This document shows positions 48,201 through 58,912 of a stretch of DNA of 64,000 nucleotides, piece after piece. Made by a program: the position numbers and the translations under genes. Source of the stretch: Balanoglossus misakiensis (lineage: Eukaryota > Animalia > Hemichordata); contig CM082591.2 of the NCBI GenBank assembly GCA_040954595.2, positions 3,643,957 to 3,707,956 of the forward strand. The letters are read 5' to 3'. Every line of letters starts with the position of its first letter. Positions within the stretch are counted from its first letter, which is position 1. The notes under the pieces are model-generated. The model worked only from the letters and a program-made list of their open reading frames with translations, was not told the origin of the DNA and made no database searches.

Positions 48201-49484
48201 ACCATAGGAGGTAGCAAGCATCCGCATGCATATCCGATGATTGTTGAACGAACGAGCGCCGGCATAGCACTGATAGTTATGACAATTGTATGTCTTACCA
48301 GTCTCTTGACTCTTTGCGCATTTTCTGACTATGTATATACCAGACAATGTCTGGCGAGACGATTTCAGATGCGGACCAAACTACCCACTTGCCGACGGCA
48401 GTCCAACACAGTGTAATCCTGGTGGCATCAATCCTTGTTGTTCACCTGGCGGCTGGTGTGGTAACACAGATGCTCAATGCACGTGCTATGACTGCATTGA
48501 CTTCAGAAGTGAGTTATATAAACATTGCAGCCTCACATCTTATTGTTACAACAAGAATGCAGCATTTTTAAATAACTGTGCAGGAATAATATGGTTGGGT
48601 ACAATTCTCAAAAGCTCATACATATTCTCTGAACTACCCATACATACATACATACATACATACATACATACATACATTCATACATAGCCATTTCAGTATA
48701 TTGTATTTGTAAACATTACTTGTTCATTTGCCTACAATTTGAATATGAATAAGATGAATGGCGAAACGATGGCAGATGTGGACCTAACTACCCCCTCCCT
48801 GACGGCAGTCCAGCAAAATGTAACCCTGGAGGTACCTATCCTTGTTGTTCACCTTATGACTGGTGCGGCAACACTGCAGACCACTGTTCATGCTCTCAAT
48901 GCACAGATTATAGCCGTAAGTAGGGTTTATTTTACTGTGAAAATATTTTATTATTCTAGGGAAAATATTCAACATGAGTAGTCAGTAGAAGTGTTTACTG
49001 TGTATTACATCTGGGCAGATGGAGTTAATTCTTAGTAAGACATGCACATGTACTACGCACTTGACATACATACATACATACATACATACATACATGCATA
49101 GACAGACTGTATATAATGTTTAAAGATCCATTAGCTGTATCTTTTGGTCATTTTCTTATTTTGTTTGTTCTATGACAATCAGAATAATGGACACTTGAGC
49201 ATTATGTGTGGGCAAGCATAGGAAACTGGTGTTAGTACACTGAACACAAGTAATAAAAAATAGTCAAAAGTTACCGCTAATGTCCCTTTAATTGAATGTA
49301 ATAAAGAACGATTCGGGGGCAATGCAACATAATATTAAAATTGATCTTTCGTTTAGAATTGTGTTCGGATACGTGCCGTTACCCTAGAGATGGCGAATGT
49401 GATGATGGTGGACCCAATTCAAATTACAACATGTGCGACTACGGAACCGACTGTGCTGACTGTGGACCCCGCACTCCACAGTGA
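44336..49484 (+). CDS. Secreted S8A subtilisin (proteinase K/aqualysin-like) with I9-type prodomain, 2 hevein/chitin-binding-type-1-like modules and 1 CDDGGP Cys-rich module (copy 1)
   Basis: Exons 44336-44545, 45019-45168, 45554-45683, 45967-46079, 46514-46655, 46785-46969, 47331-47502, 47940-48101, 48344-48508, 48754-48915, 49357-49484. Signal peptide; WGLDRIDQ; catalytic motifs [27 protein letters not shown]. Confidence 0.93.
45209..45494. repeat. (TG)n/(TATG)n microsatellite
   Basis: Direct reading; about 50 TATG units. Confidence 0.97.
49124..49287. mobile_element. 164 bp Kolobok-like MITE with a demonstrable TTAA target-site duplication
   Basis: TTAA-AGATCCATTAGCTGTA...TACCGCTAATGTCCCT-TTAA. 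The paralogous intron has the empty site ATAATGT-TTAA-TTGAATG at 62480-62483. Confidence 0.9.
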
Positions 49485-50343
49485 ATCAGCTTTCACTGAA
49501 ACTCAACAGGGAAGACAGTCGTCCCTCGCGGTTAAACTGCGATGCATGCATGAAAAAAAATGGCTATTGATTACAATTTTTCGACTTTCGATCCTTCTCG
49601 TAGTAAATAGTATTTCAAACATCACGTTTGCATGGGCCAGTCTCTTGCAGTTATGGTTGGTGTTGTTATTATCTTTTGGGAATAAACATATTGGTTATGG
49701 CACTGGTATATGTTGTCATTGCATTCATTCACAGGGCAAGTAGTTCTTCACTAAGTTTCACTGTGCATAAAATTATTTAATTACGTTAATCTCAAAATTA
49801 ACAATAGTCACAATGTGATATTACTGGACCACTGATTTAATGTTGTTCGAATGACCTGCGTGAGAGATTTTATGAAAATTGCGGAAGTGAGTTTTGTAAA
49901 AAATCTCTGAGTAATCATATCAAAAGAGACAAAGTTAGTGTTCTTATAGTCCATGTACATCCTTAACTGGCAAACTTGACATGAAATGTGAATACTTAAG
50001 TGTTCATGCAAGTCTCATACCCAATTGCAAATCTGCATATTAAAGTAAAAACATCTGCTACTGATGATGGGGCGAACTTGGAAAATGATCTGCTGGTGCT
50101 GTATAAAAGATGGTACTACATGCCGACAGGTCTCAAAATAGACCTCTGGCAGTATGGGTGAATAAAAACAAAAATAATTAAAACCCTTAAAGGTTCTATC
50201 ATGATCAAGGAAATAAAGCAAAATACTTCCTAGTAGTCTGAAGGCAGGGAAAGCTGCCTTCTAGTGTCTACAACCACAAAGATTTTCCTTATTTTATACA
50301 AAAGAGAATGTTTCGCAATTTTTTAAAGAATGTTCAGTGGTGT

Positions 50344-52241
50344 TTACTTCAGTAACTCTTTGATTTCATTATTGTCTGCACTGTCGATGTAGGACGATCC
50401 ATCAGGGGCTTTGCCATCTTTCTTCGCTCCCTGAAAGTGCAACAGAAACTTGTATTACCACTCAAATACAAAGCTGTGTGGTACATTCTACATGTGGTTA
50501 TATAGTGAATCAACGTTCCACCATACACAACGTCAATCCTGTTTGTAGGATACGAGAGTAAATATATCGCCAAAATTAATAAACGGTAGTGACTGATTAT
50601 TCATTTTGGCGAGCTTTTCACCATAGTAAGAATCCGAGATAGGGAAAAGACATTGAAAAAAAGGGACAAAACTAAAGATCGGACATAATGTTTGTACACA
50701 CATGTGCATAAGATGATAGTTGCCCTTTAACACTTACCTTACTAAGCAGAAAGCCAACACATTTTGTATGTCCTTCAAATATTGCTGATAACAGAGGCGT
50801 GATGCCATGTTTATCTTCTAACTGAGAAACAAAAACAATAAACAAGTTAGTGAGTGCATCAACGTGGGATAATTATGGCGTACACACAGGGACCACTGAA
50901 TCATTTCTGAAATGGCTCAGCTCAAACAATTACATGTGAACAGTTTAAGTTGTCCTGGAATATTTCGGATTTGAGACGGTTTTGCTGGCCAGACTTGAGC
51001 GGGTGTAAAGGATTAACACCTCTCCTCAACACGTTGTCTATGAGACCATGCACCAGGGTTTTACACAATCACTTATCGAATTTGTCGAGGGACTGAGGAC
51101 TGTGGATTACTTGACCCCTGACCCTTAAAGTGCAATAAACAGTGATGTAGAAAATAGCCAGTCACTCGTCAAATCACTTGCCTGAACTCAGCATATGACT
51201 GGCCAAAAACTTTCTAAAACCAATAGAACACAAACATATTAAAGGTATACAGTCACCTCAAATTTACATACGCCCATATATGGCTGAAATGGCGTATTTG
51301 AGTGTTCTAAAGAACATATGGTGGCGCTCTTTTTTTGTGTGTGTGCCACCCACTGAAAATCTGTGATTGGCTAGATCTCAATTTGCCATGGTAACTATAG
51401 CTAATTTTCCATAGGTGACCATAAACCTTTATTAATAATTCTATGTGACCGGCTGTTGTTTTTTTCCTCTCAACTTACCCCATGTTACAAAACATATCTA
51501 CACCACACAAGACAAGACTGAAACTTACGTTTACATCAGCCCCTTTTGAAACTAGATATTCCATGACTTCCAACTGGCCAAAATCTGCCGCAATATGAAG
51601 ACCATTACGACCTTGATGAATTTCTTGGTTTACATCAACACCCTGTTTTTAAAGAAAATGGTGATGTAAGTTGTGATTGTATCTGATCACTAATGATCAT
51701 TTGCAATAAACCTAATATTAACCAAAGTATGTCAAATGACAGAGATCGATTTTTTCTGGTAAAAGCACAAGAAGCCCCGCTTCTTGAATCAATTTTCCTG
51801 ACAAGTTTATCTGCGCTGCGCCAAGCCCTTCATAAAAAAAATCTGTGTTATGAAATTGACAGAAGTATTTGATATTTTCCCCACCCGGGCATATTAACGA
51901 TTTCATGGCAATATTGTAGTCTTGCTTGTCCTGCTCCTGACATTGGAAATCACACATCACCTTCTGGTTATAATAATATTGGCTATGACCTTCTATCATT
52001 CAATTGATTTTCAAGGATCGGAATGGGAGCTGGTTTACATGATGTCAAATCTGTGTTCCCTGTTCGCCACCGCCCCCACAAGCACAACACTGGCAACAGT
52101 ACTTGCACTTCGACGTGTTTTCGACTGCGGGTCACTCGAAAACGCCCGCTTTATCTTGGATAAATAGCTTACCGGCTTTTCCATATATTCCTTAACAGGT
52201 TCGATATCCCCATTCTGCAACGCCCACTTCAGTTCGCTCAT
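50344..52241 (-). CDS. MTPN: Myotrophin (V-1), ankyrin-repeat capping-protein regulator, 117 aa
   Basis: Exons 52173-52241, 51529-51642, 50738-50821, 50344-50430: [19 protein letters not shown]...[66 protein letters not shown]...IKELLK*. Confidence 0.95.
51243..51428. mobile_element. ~186 bp TTAA/AGGT MITE in a myotrophin intron
   Basis: TTAA-AGGTATACAGTCACCT ... AGGTGACCATAAACCT; family shared with the copies at 34367 and 30847. Confidence 0.75.
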
Positions 52242-52590
52242 TTTTTCCAGTGAAAATTGCTACCTTCGCAATGTCCTGGCGAAATAAGGAAGTGGCTGAA
52301 TTACATGACCCAGTCATGACCTCTGTGTAGGGCATGCCGGGAAAACGGAAGTACTTATTTGATTGTACTTCTGTAGAGCTACGACATTCTAGTTCTTTGC
52401 TGTCGCTTTTTCTATCATGTGTCATGCGAGAATATGGTATCGTGCCAGTGTATCGGCTGGACCGTGCACTCCAGAATCCAGCCACCTATATAAACGTACC
52501 CTCGGTAAAAAATCTAGTACATGACACATGGATAAAGGTCGGGCTATTTGCATAAAATTAGCCATTAACTACGTTTGTACTGATATGGGT

Positions 52591-52662
52591 GGGGATGTAG
52601 CTCAGTGGTAGAGCGCGCGCTTTGCATGCGCGAGGCCCCGGGTTCGAAACCCGGCATCTCCA
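52591..52662 (+). tRNA. tRNA-Ala (TGC)
   Basis: GGGGATGTAGCTCAGTGGTAGAGCGCGCGCTTTGCATGCGCGAGGCCCCGGGTTCGAAACCCGGCATCTCCA; cloverleaf, G3:U70 pair, A and B boxes. Confidence 0.97.
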
Positions 52663-52673
52663 GACTCGTGATA

Positions 52674-52680
52674 TTTTTTT
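52674..52680 (+). terminator. Pol III oligo-T terminator of tRNA-Ala
   Basis: T7 run 12 nt after the discriminator base. Confidence 0.8.
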
Positions 52681-53243
52681 ACCAACCCGTACAATTTATC
52701 TACTATAACGACTGACCACTTATAATCCTTGTACGACATTTCTCAATTCTTGCCATGTTTTTGCAGCGTGCTAAAGCGATGTCATTGTCTAAGAGATAAA
52801 TCGAGCCCTATTGGCACTCGAAAGACGTTTCATCTTTCCTATTGTGCGAGTTTGGTTTTACTTTCAGAATGATTTGTGTAATGGTCTTCTGAAGTGGAGC
52901 CATTTCCAAGAAAACTTCAGAGAAGACAACAACACTAAATGCTTTGTTTGGTATTTGATTTATTTGATCACTAATGAAAATACCAATAAATGTATGCACT
53001 AATGTCAAATGAAAAAACAATGAATGTATGCACTAACAATAAAATAAAATGCATGAAAATTTACAAATGTTTGTTACAAAGATATGGAAGGGACTGAATG
53101 TTGGGCCATGAAGATAGTCTTACAGCCTGGTGATAAACGAGTTGTGTACATAGTGAATTTTCAAATTCTACCACTCTCTTTTTCGAAGGAGAATTAGTAT
53201 CCGATCAACATGTTAAGTCCTGGCCACAACTGTTGCTGTTGGT

Positions 53244-55460
53244 CTACTGTGCAAATACTTTCAGACAGTTATTTCCGTGATCGCTGACCCAAATTTTACT
53301 GTGATGGTCATCACCAGTTACACAGATACCGTAGGGCCCATTGAGTCCATCCTCGTCACGGTCAATGCGACAGACAAACTTCCCTCCGGATTCGTATTTG
53401 ACGATCCTGTTATTTCCTTTGTCTGAGACGTACACATAGCCGTGTTTATCCACAGCCACTCCTCGGGGACGAAAGAACTGACCATCTCCACGTCCTTCAG
53501 AGCCGAATGTATACAGAAAGTGACCATCGCTATCGAACACTTGAATGCGATGGTTACAAGTATCTGATACGTAGACATTGCCTTTGCCGTCAATGCAGAT
53601 AAACCATGGAAGCTGGAACTCGCCGGCTTTCATTCCCTGATTCCCGAATGACTTGACGCGGTTTCCAACTTGGTCGTAGATGTGAATGCAGTGGGCGCCG
53701 TTGTCAACGACGTAAACTGCCCCATTGACGGGACTCACAGCGATACCGACCGGCGTTGCGATTTGCCCCTGACCAAACCGTCTGATTGTTTTGTCATTTA
53801 CATCATAAACAACCACGAGCTTATTTGCTTCATCTGTCATGTAAACGTTACCATCCTGAGATAAGGCAACGTCGTTTGGGAGAGTATTCTGAAAAGATAC
53901 GCATTGAACTACACGCTGCTGGTAGTTTTCGCCCACAGAAAATATTTGCAGCCTGCTGTTGGCGTGATCACAAACAAGAGCATCCTCGTTTCTGGTCATT
54001 TTTATGCCGTATGGACTTCTCAAACGACCAACCTGAGAACCCAGCCCGCCGAAACTAAGCACCAAGCCTTTCTGGGGAACCACTTTAATTCTAGCTGGCG
54101 ATCCCTGTGCCTCTTTCTTGTTCACTGATACTGAAAGTTGGTGCTCCCCTGCGACCTTGGCAGCAGTCGTTAACGTCAGTCCGTTTCCACGGTCGGTCCC
54201 GCCCCTTGCCGGCTGTATGCTGCCGTCGGGTGCCTCCAAGACAGCGTGGACATCTTGTCTTCCAGCGTCCCCAGGCAAAGTCTCTCCGCTGGGAACTAGC
54301 GTGCAAACGATATCCTCGCCCACCCTTGCATGCGCGGGCACATCACTCAGCTTGTACGCATTCGTCAGGACTGCTCCAATGGTCTCCACATTACAGAAGT
54401 CGTCATTCGGCTTGAACTCAATATAGTCATCCTCTACCGGGTCACACTTCGTTTCCACCTTCATCAATTCTTCTATTTTTGCAGCAATTCGGACTTTGGA
54501 CGACATCAACTGCGCCTGGGTCCCGTAATTCGCCACCGTCTCAACATACTCCCTGGCATACGAAAGATCATTTTCTGAGATATCGAGATTTTTCACCTGG
54601 GCGTTCAAGTTCTCTGTTCTCAGGTCATATTCAACCTTCATTTCTTTCAGAAGTTCGTCTCCCCGTTCTCGTATCCGGTTGGTGGTTTCTCTGACAGCGT
54701 TATCGACGTATTCTTTGATTTTTGACTGCTCTCTTTGAAAGCGTGTATCCAAGGATTCCAGTACGACGGCTATCGCCGTCTTACTCTCGTTGGCTTCGGA
54801 TTCTTTCGTTTTTACTCTGTCCATCATGGCGGTCAAATCTCTGGTAAATTCTTCGGCAGCCTCTCTGACACATCTGCATTTATGCTCTGTCACTGGGTGG
54901 TTCCAAGCTGTACACTTCTGGCAGACGGCCTCCTCGCATGTGTCACAGTAGACCTCGATCTCGTAGCTCGGGTGCTTACTGCAGAAAATCGGAGGGTGCA
55001 CTGAAGCCGGGTTGGCGAACTTTGCGGCACGGTATTCGTCCGGGGACAGCGTGCGGTGCGATTTCGTCACGGGGATTTGTCGGTGTGTGGCCACGCAGCT
55101 GCCGCAGAATGCCATCGAGCATTCGATGCAGTGTTTGGCCAGGTCGCCTTGTCCGCAGCCTTCGCATTTCCCGGTGCCTGCCTGCGCTCCTCGGCTCTTG
55201 AACATTTCAAGCAAATCACCGAGGAACACATTGTCCTCGAAGTCCGCCACGCTGCCACCGGGTAGTTCATGTGACCGCCGGCATATCGGACAGGTCACAC
55301 TTACAGCTCCGTTCTTCTCCGCCAGCTTCCCCAGACACGGCTCGCAGAAGCTGTGCAGACAGGGTAGAACCTTTGCAGTCTTGTAACGCTCGGCACAGAT
55401 TCCACACAGGAGAGCATTTTCGCTGAATTCATTGACTTGGGTCGTGTCCTTCGCTGCCAT
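53244..55460 (-). CDS. Intronless TRIM-NHL E3 ligase (RING, 2 B-boxes, coiled coil, filamin, NHL propeller; TRIM2/3/56/71-like), ~738 aa
   Basis: ATG at 55460. RING CGIC...LPCLHSFCEPC...CPICR; B-boxes CEGC..CIEC..C..C..H..H and CSKH..YCDTC..VCQKC..H..H; filamin GEHQLSVSV..GSP; about six NHL repeats (F..P.G..VD..G..YVSD..N.RI..F). Confidence 0.95.
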   Translation of the reverse strand: MAAKDTTQVNEFSENALLCGICAERYKTAKVLPCLHSFCEPCLGKLAEKNGAVSVTCPICRRSHELPGGSVADFEDNVFLGDLLEMFKSRGAQAGTGKCEGCGQGDLAKHCIECSMAFCGSCVATHRQIPVTKSHRTLSPDEYRAAKFANPASVHPPIFCSKHPSYEIEVYCDTCEEAVCQKCTAWNHPVTEHKCRCVREAAEEFTRDLTAMMDRVKTKESEANESKTAIAVVLESLDTRFQREQSKIKEYVDNAVRETTNRIRERGDELLKEMKVEYDLRTENLNAQVKNLDISENDLSYAREYVETVANYGTQAQLMSSKVRIAAKIEELMKVETKCDPVEDDYIEFKPNDDFCNVETIGAVLTNAYKLSDVPAHARVGEDIVCTLVPSGETLPGDAGRQDVHAVLEAPDGSIQPARGGTDRGNGLTLTTAAKVAGEHQLSVSVNKKEAQGSPARIKVVPQKGLVLSFGGLGSQVGRLRSPYGIKMTRNEDALVCDHANSRLQIFSVGENYQQRVVQCVSFQNTLPNDVALSQDGNVYMTDEANKLVVVYDVNDKTIRRFGQGQIATPVGIAVSPVNGAVYVVDNGAHCIHIYDQVGNRVKSFGNQGMKAGEFQLPWFICIDGKGNVYVSDTCNHRIQVFDSDGHFLYTFGSEGRGDGQFFRPRGVAVDKHGYVYVSDKGNNRIVKYESGGKFVCRIDRDEDGLNGPYGICVTGDDHHSKIWVSDHGNNCLKVFAQ

Positions 55461-56263
55461 TGTGCTTGTGGTGAATGCTTTTTGCACTATGACCTTTGAT
55501 GTCACGTGACCAAGCTGGGCCGCTTGTGTGTTTGTTTATCTTCCGGGGAGCCCATCCATAGACAGGAGGGGGAAGTCCCCCTCGGCCCCCCCCCCCCCTC
55601 TTATTGTGGGGAGTGCGCAGTACTTTCACATAAACAGTAGTCGAGAGTAGCATGCCCATCGGAAAATGGACCCTGCCATATCGCTGACGTACGTGCCAAC
55701 TAAAGCCAAAAGGTCCCATAGGCCTAGCCAGATGAAGCCCTAGAGATACAACGCGACTTTCGCCACTAAATTGTCCGTTTTTGTGAAGAAAAAAAAATAT
55801 CGCGCAACTTGAGTTACTCACGACAAGAATAGCTTTTCGGGAATAACCGAGCCCATGCTACCACATATAGCCAAACTGAACTTTCCCTTTATAAATCGTC
55901 AGAAATTACGCGTTCGAAGGAACTGTTTACATATGGTCTTTCCGATAATCCTGCTTCGTGTACAAATAGAAATCTTAGCAAACAAAGCCTTACACGTAGA
56001 TTTGTATGTTTTCTCCGGGACAAAGAAGCAACAACTAGTATGTATTTCATATTTTACACACAAGTAATGAACTTGTCGAATGTTATTTCTTCCGGACGTA
56101 CACTGACTGTTCTGAATTTCTGTGAACTCAAGCACAGACTGCTACAAAACCAACGTACAACTAACCGTACATCTCTCAACACAGAAAGTTGCTCAGTAAC
56201 GATTCTCCTGGCCGCTTGTTTTTTATGCAAACATTTGCTGATCAAATTTGCTTGTCTGTAGTT

Positions 56264-56286
56264 GGGTTCGAAACCCGGCATCTCCA
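56264..56286 (+). repeat. Exact 23-bp direct repeat of the tRNA-Ala 3' end (isolated tRNA fragment)
   Basis: GGGTTCGAAACCCGGCATCTCCA is identical to 52640-52662; no tRNA 5' half upstream. Confidence 0.95.
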
Positions 56287-58195
56287 TTCCATATTTTGCC
56301 AAACAAATATTTTCAATTTTTATTTTCTGGTTTCTGTGTCAAATCAAATGTCTGTATAGGTCCTATTAACATTTCACCTCAGTACACGAAATGCTTTTTC
56401 ACTCAGGTGTGGTTGGGTTCCCAAATTCTCGTTTTTCAACAAATTCGTCATTGCTGTTGTCTCTAATCCGTGTAAACTCTTCACAGTTTGTCAAATGGCT
56501 ATTTTGTTAAACACATTCTATGCACCAGTAACTTGTTGCATTATAAAAATAAAACCTGGCATTTGCCAACAAAGAAAGCAATTACAGAGTAAATTGAATT
56601 CCCCAGGTAGATTGTCAACAATTTGATGGATTATATGAATGTCATTTTTTTTAAAAAGCATCCCAACAGTTTTCCTTATTTCGCCACCTTGGTGAATAAT
56701 AGCTTTTGGGCGTTACACCAGGGGAACGGTGCTCTATTTTTTTAATGCCACGTCAGAGTAAACGCGCACTAAAGTTTAGCTTGTTTTCTTTAAATAATAA
56801 CAGAATTGCGACTTTCTCCTAAACAAAGGAGATTTTACTCGTTTGTACTGATAAACAAGGTAGGGAACTATTTTTAATTACTCGACATCTCCAGATGATC
56901 ATCTATAAAACATATACAGCTGTTTCAAAAAGTTCCCATTTTTCTATAATTTTAAACTTAATGCCTGTTTCTAATATCCATCATACGCTTTGCCCTTGAA
57001 AAGTATTTTGACATGAGTACCAGTAACATTTTGAGAAACATAAATAATTTTGCTGATATTTTCCAACAAAGAAAAACCAATTACAGGCCACGTACCCGGA
57101 AATGTTGGACGCTTTGACCTCTAGTGAGAAACGTGGATGACTGATGAAACCGTGACCATTCAACTACGCTTTAAAATCTGCAATTTTCTTTTAAATCGAG
57201 GAGTATTCAAGATATATTATTATAGGCGGAAAGTTTGAAGTAGGACGTTTGTTTGTTGGTTAGGTGCGTCCTATACAAGTTTACACCCAATTTGAAGTAC
57301 ATGCGAAACACAATTTTTAAAATCTAAAATGTTTGGGTCAAACTGATCATATACCTAGAATTCCAGTCATAAACAACACATGACTAGGGACCATCTCTTG
57401 GCTATGAAAGTAATCTGATAAATGCCTTTATAATGTGTGAAATACTGTATTTGAATAATTCGCACCCCCACTAGGACTTTGCATAAAAGTTATTTCAAGG
57501 GAAAATTACCACAAATGCAAACAGATTATTGCAATTTCCGTACAATTGATGATTATCCTTCCCAGAACAATTCTATGAGTGTTTTTGAGAAAAAGGTGTT
57601 GATCAAACTATATCAATTTTACAAATTAGTAATTTTCTTGTAAGTGAAACAATACTGCATATTAAACTCCTAAGGTACCCCTGAACCACCACAGCGTCGA
57701 GAATAGGGGATGGGTCAATAACATGAAAGTTGATTGGAGGGGGACAAAAATAGTCAAACTTTCGTGTTGCTGGCGGTGTTGTCAGGATGATTGATTGAAA
57801 CCTTATGATGTATTGAAAAGTCAATTCTGTTTTTGTTGTTGAAATACTTAATATGCATGGAATTAAGACTAAAAATATAGGTCAAACACTATAAAACAAC
57901 TGTTATTCGAAACACCTAGTTAGTGCAACTTGGTACTGCAACAAAGTCTCTTGACAGATCGACTTTCGCCATCTGCTTCACATAAACAGCGGCGGTAACA
58001 AAGGTATGTTTCTTGAAGCTTAAACTATTCGATAAATTTAGTTTCATACTTTTTGAACAAAATTGGCAATGATACTGCTTTGACTGCAAATGTTTTATTA
58101 CAGTATCAAACGTGCAAGTTTCACATTATATGAGATCAACTTAAAAACTTTGTTTCCCTAACAGCTTACCATACATTATTGCATTTCAGACAATC

Positions 58196-58833
58196 ATGAT
58201 CACATCGCGATCCACGGCGATTTGGTTCTGCGTGTTTGCATTACTTGTGGTGCAGATCACAGCTGCCAGCAAAAATAAAAGGAAGATTGAGGAAGAGCGA
58301 AGAATCCGTGCACTGCGTCCGAGCTTCGTCAAACGTGAACATCAAGCTCCACTGATTCCTGCTGGAGACGAGAAGATAGACCAGGAATACATTGTAAAAC
58401 TGAGGGTGAGTATAGATGTTTTGGTGAACACACATTTATCGATTACAGAAAGTATGTTACAGCCATATGTTATTCACAACTGACAGTTGGTTTTCCAATA
58501 AGCAATTCCGCACACATATGTTTAGTATTTACAATTTACATCAGTTTTTTTTTTCAAATAAGCTTTAATATGCCAGCCATTGGAACACTCATTGCATGAT
58601 TTGCAACCACTTCTAACAAACAATATATACTGTTATCTCATTTTATTCAGGACGACATTACTGTTGAAGAACTGGCCGCATTCGAAGTCAAATTCCAAGA
58701 ACTTGCTGAAGAGCATGGCATACATGTGGATTTTCAAATAGATTTGACAAATCTGATGACAGGTTTTGTTGCCAGAATTCCTGGAGACGCAGTTGATATA
58801 GTATGTGCGCATTTCGTTGTTTTCAAAGCCATA

Positions 58834-58912
<79 letters not shown>

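Noticed and set aside
55461-55505. ORF-track start of TRIM-NHL at 55505
   Set aside because: That codon is GTG; the first ATG in good context is 55460.
55461-56263. Search for a recombinase/integrase remnant inside the tRNA-bounded cassette
   Set aside because: The short ORFs here show no tyrosine-recombinase, RT or DDE motifs; none claimed.
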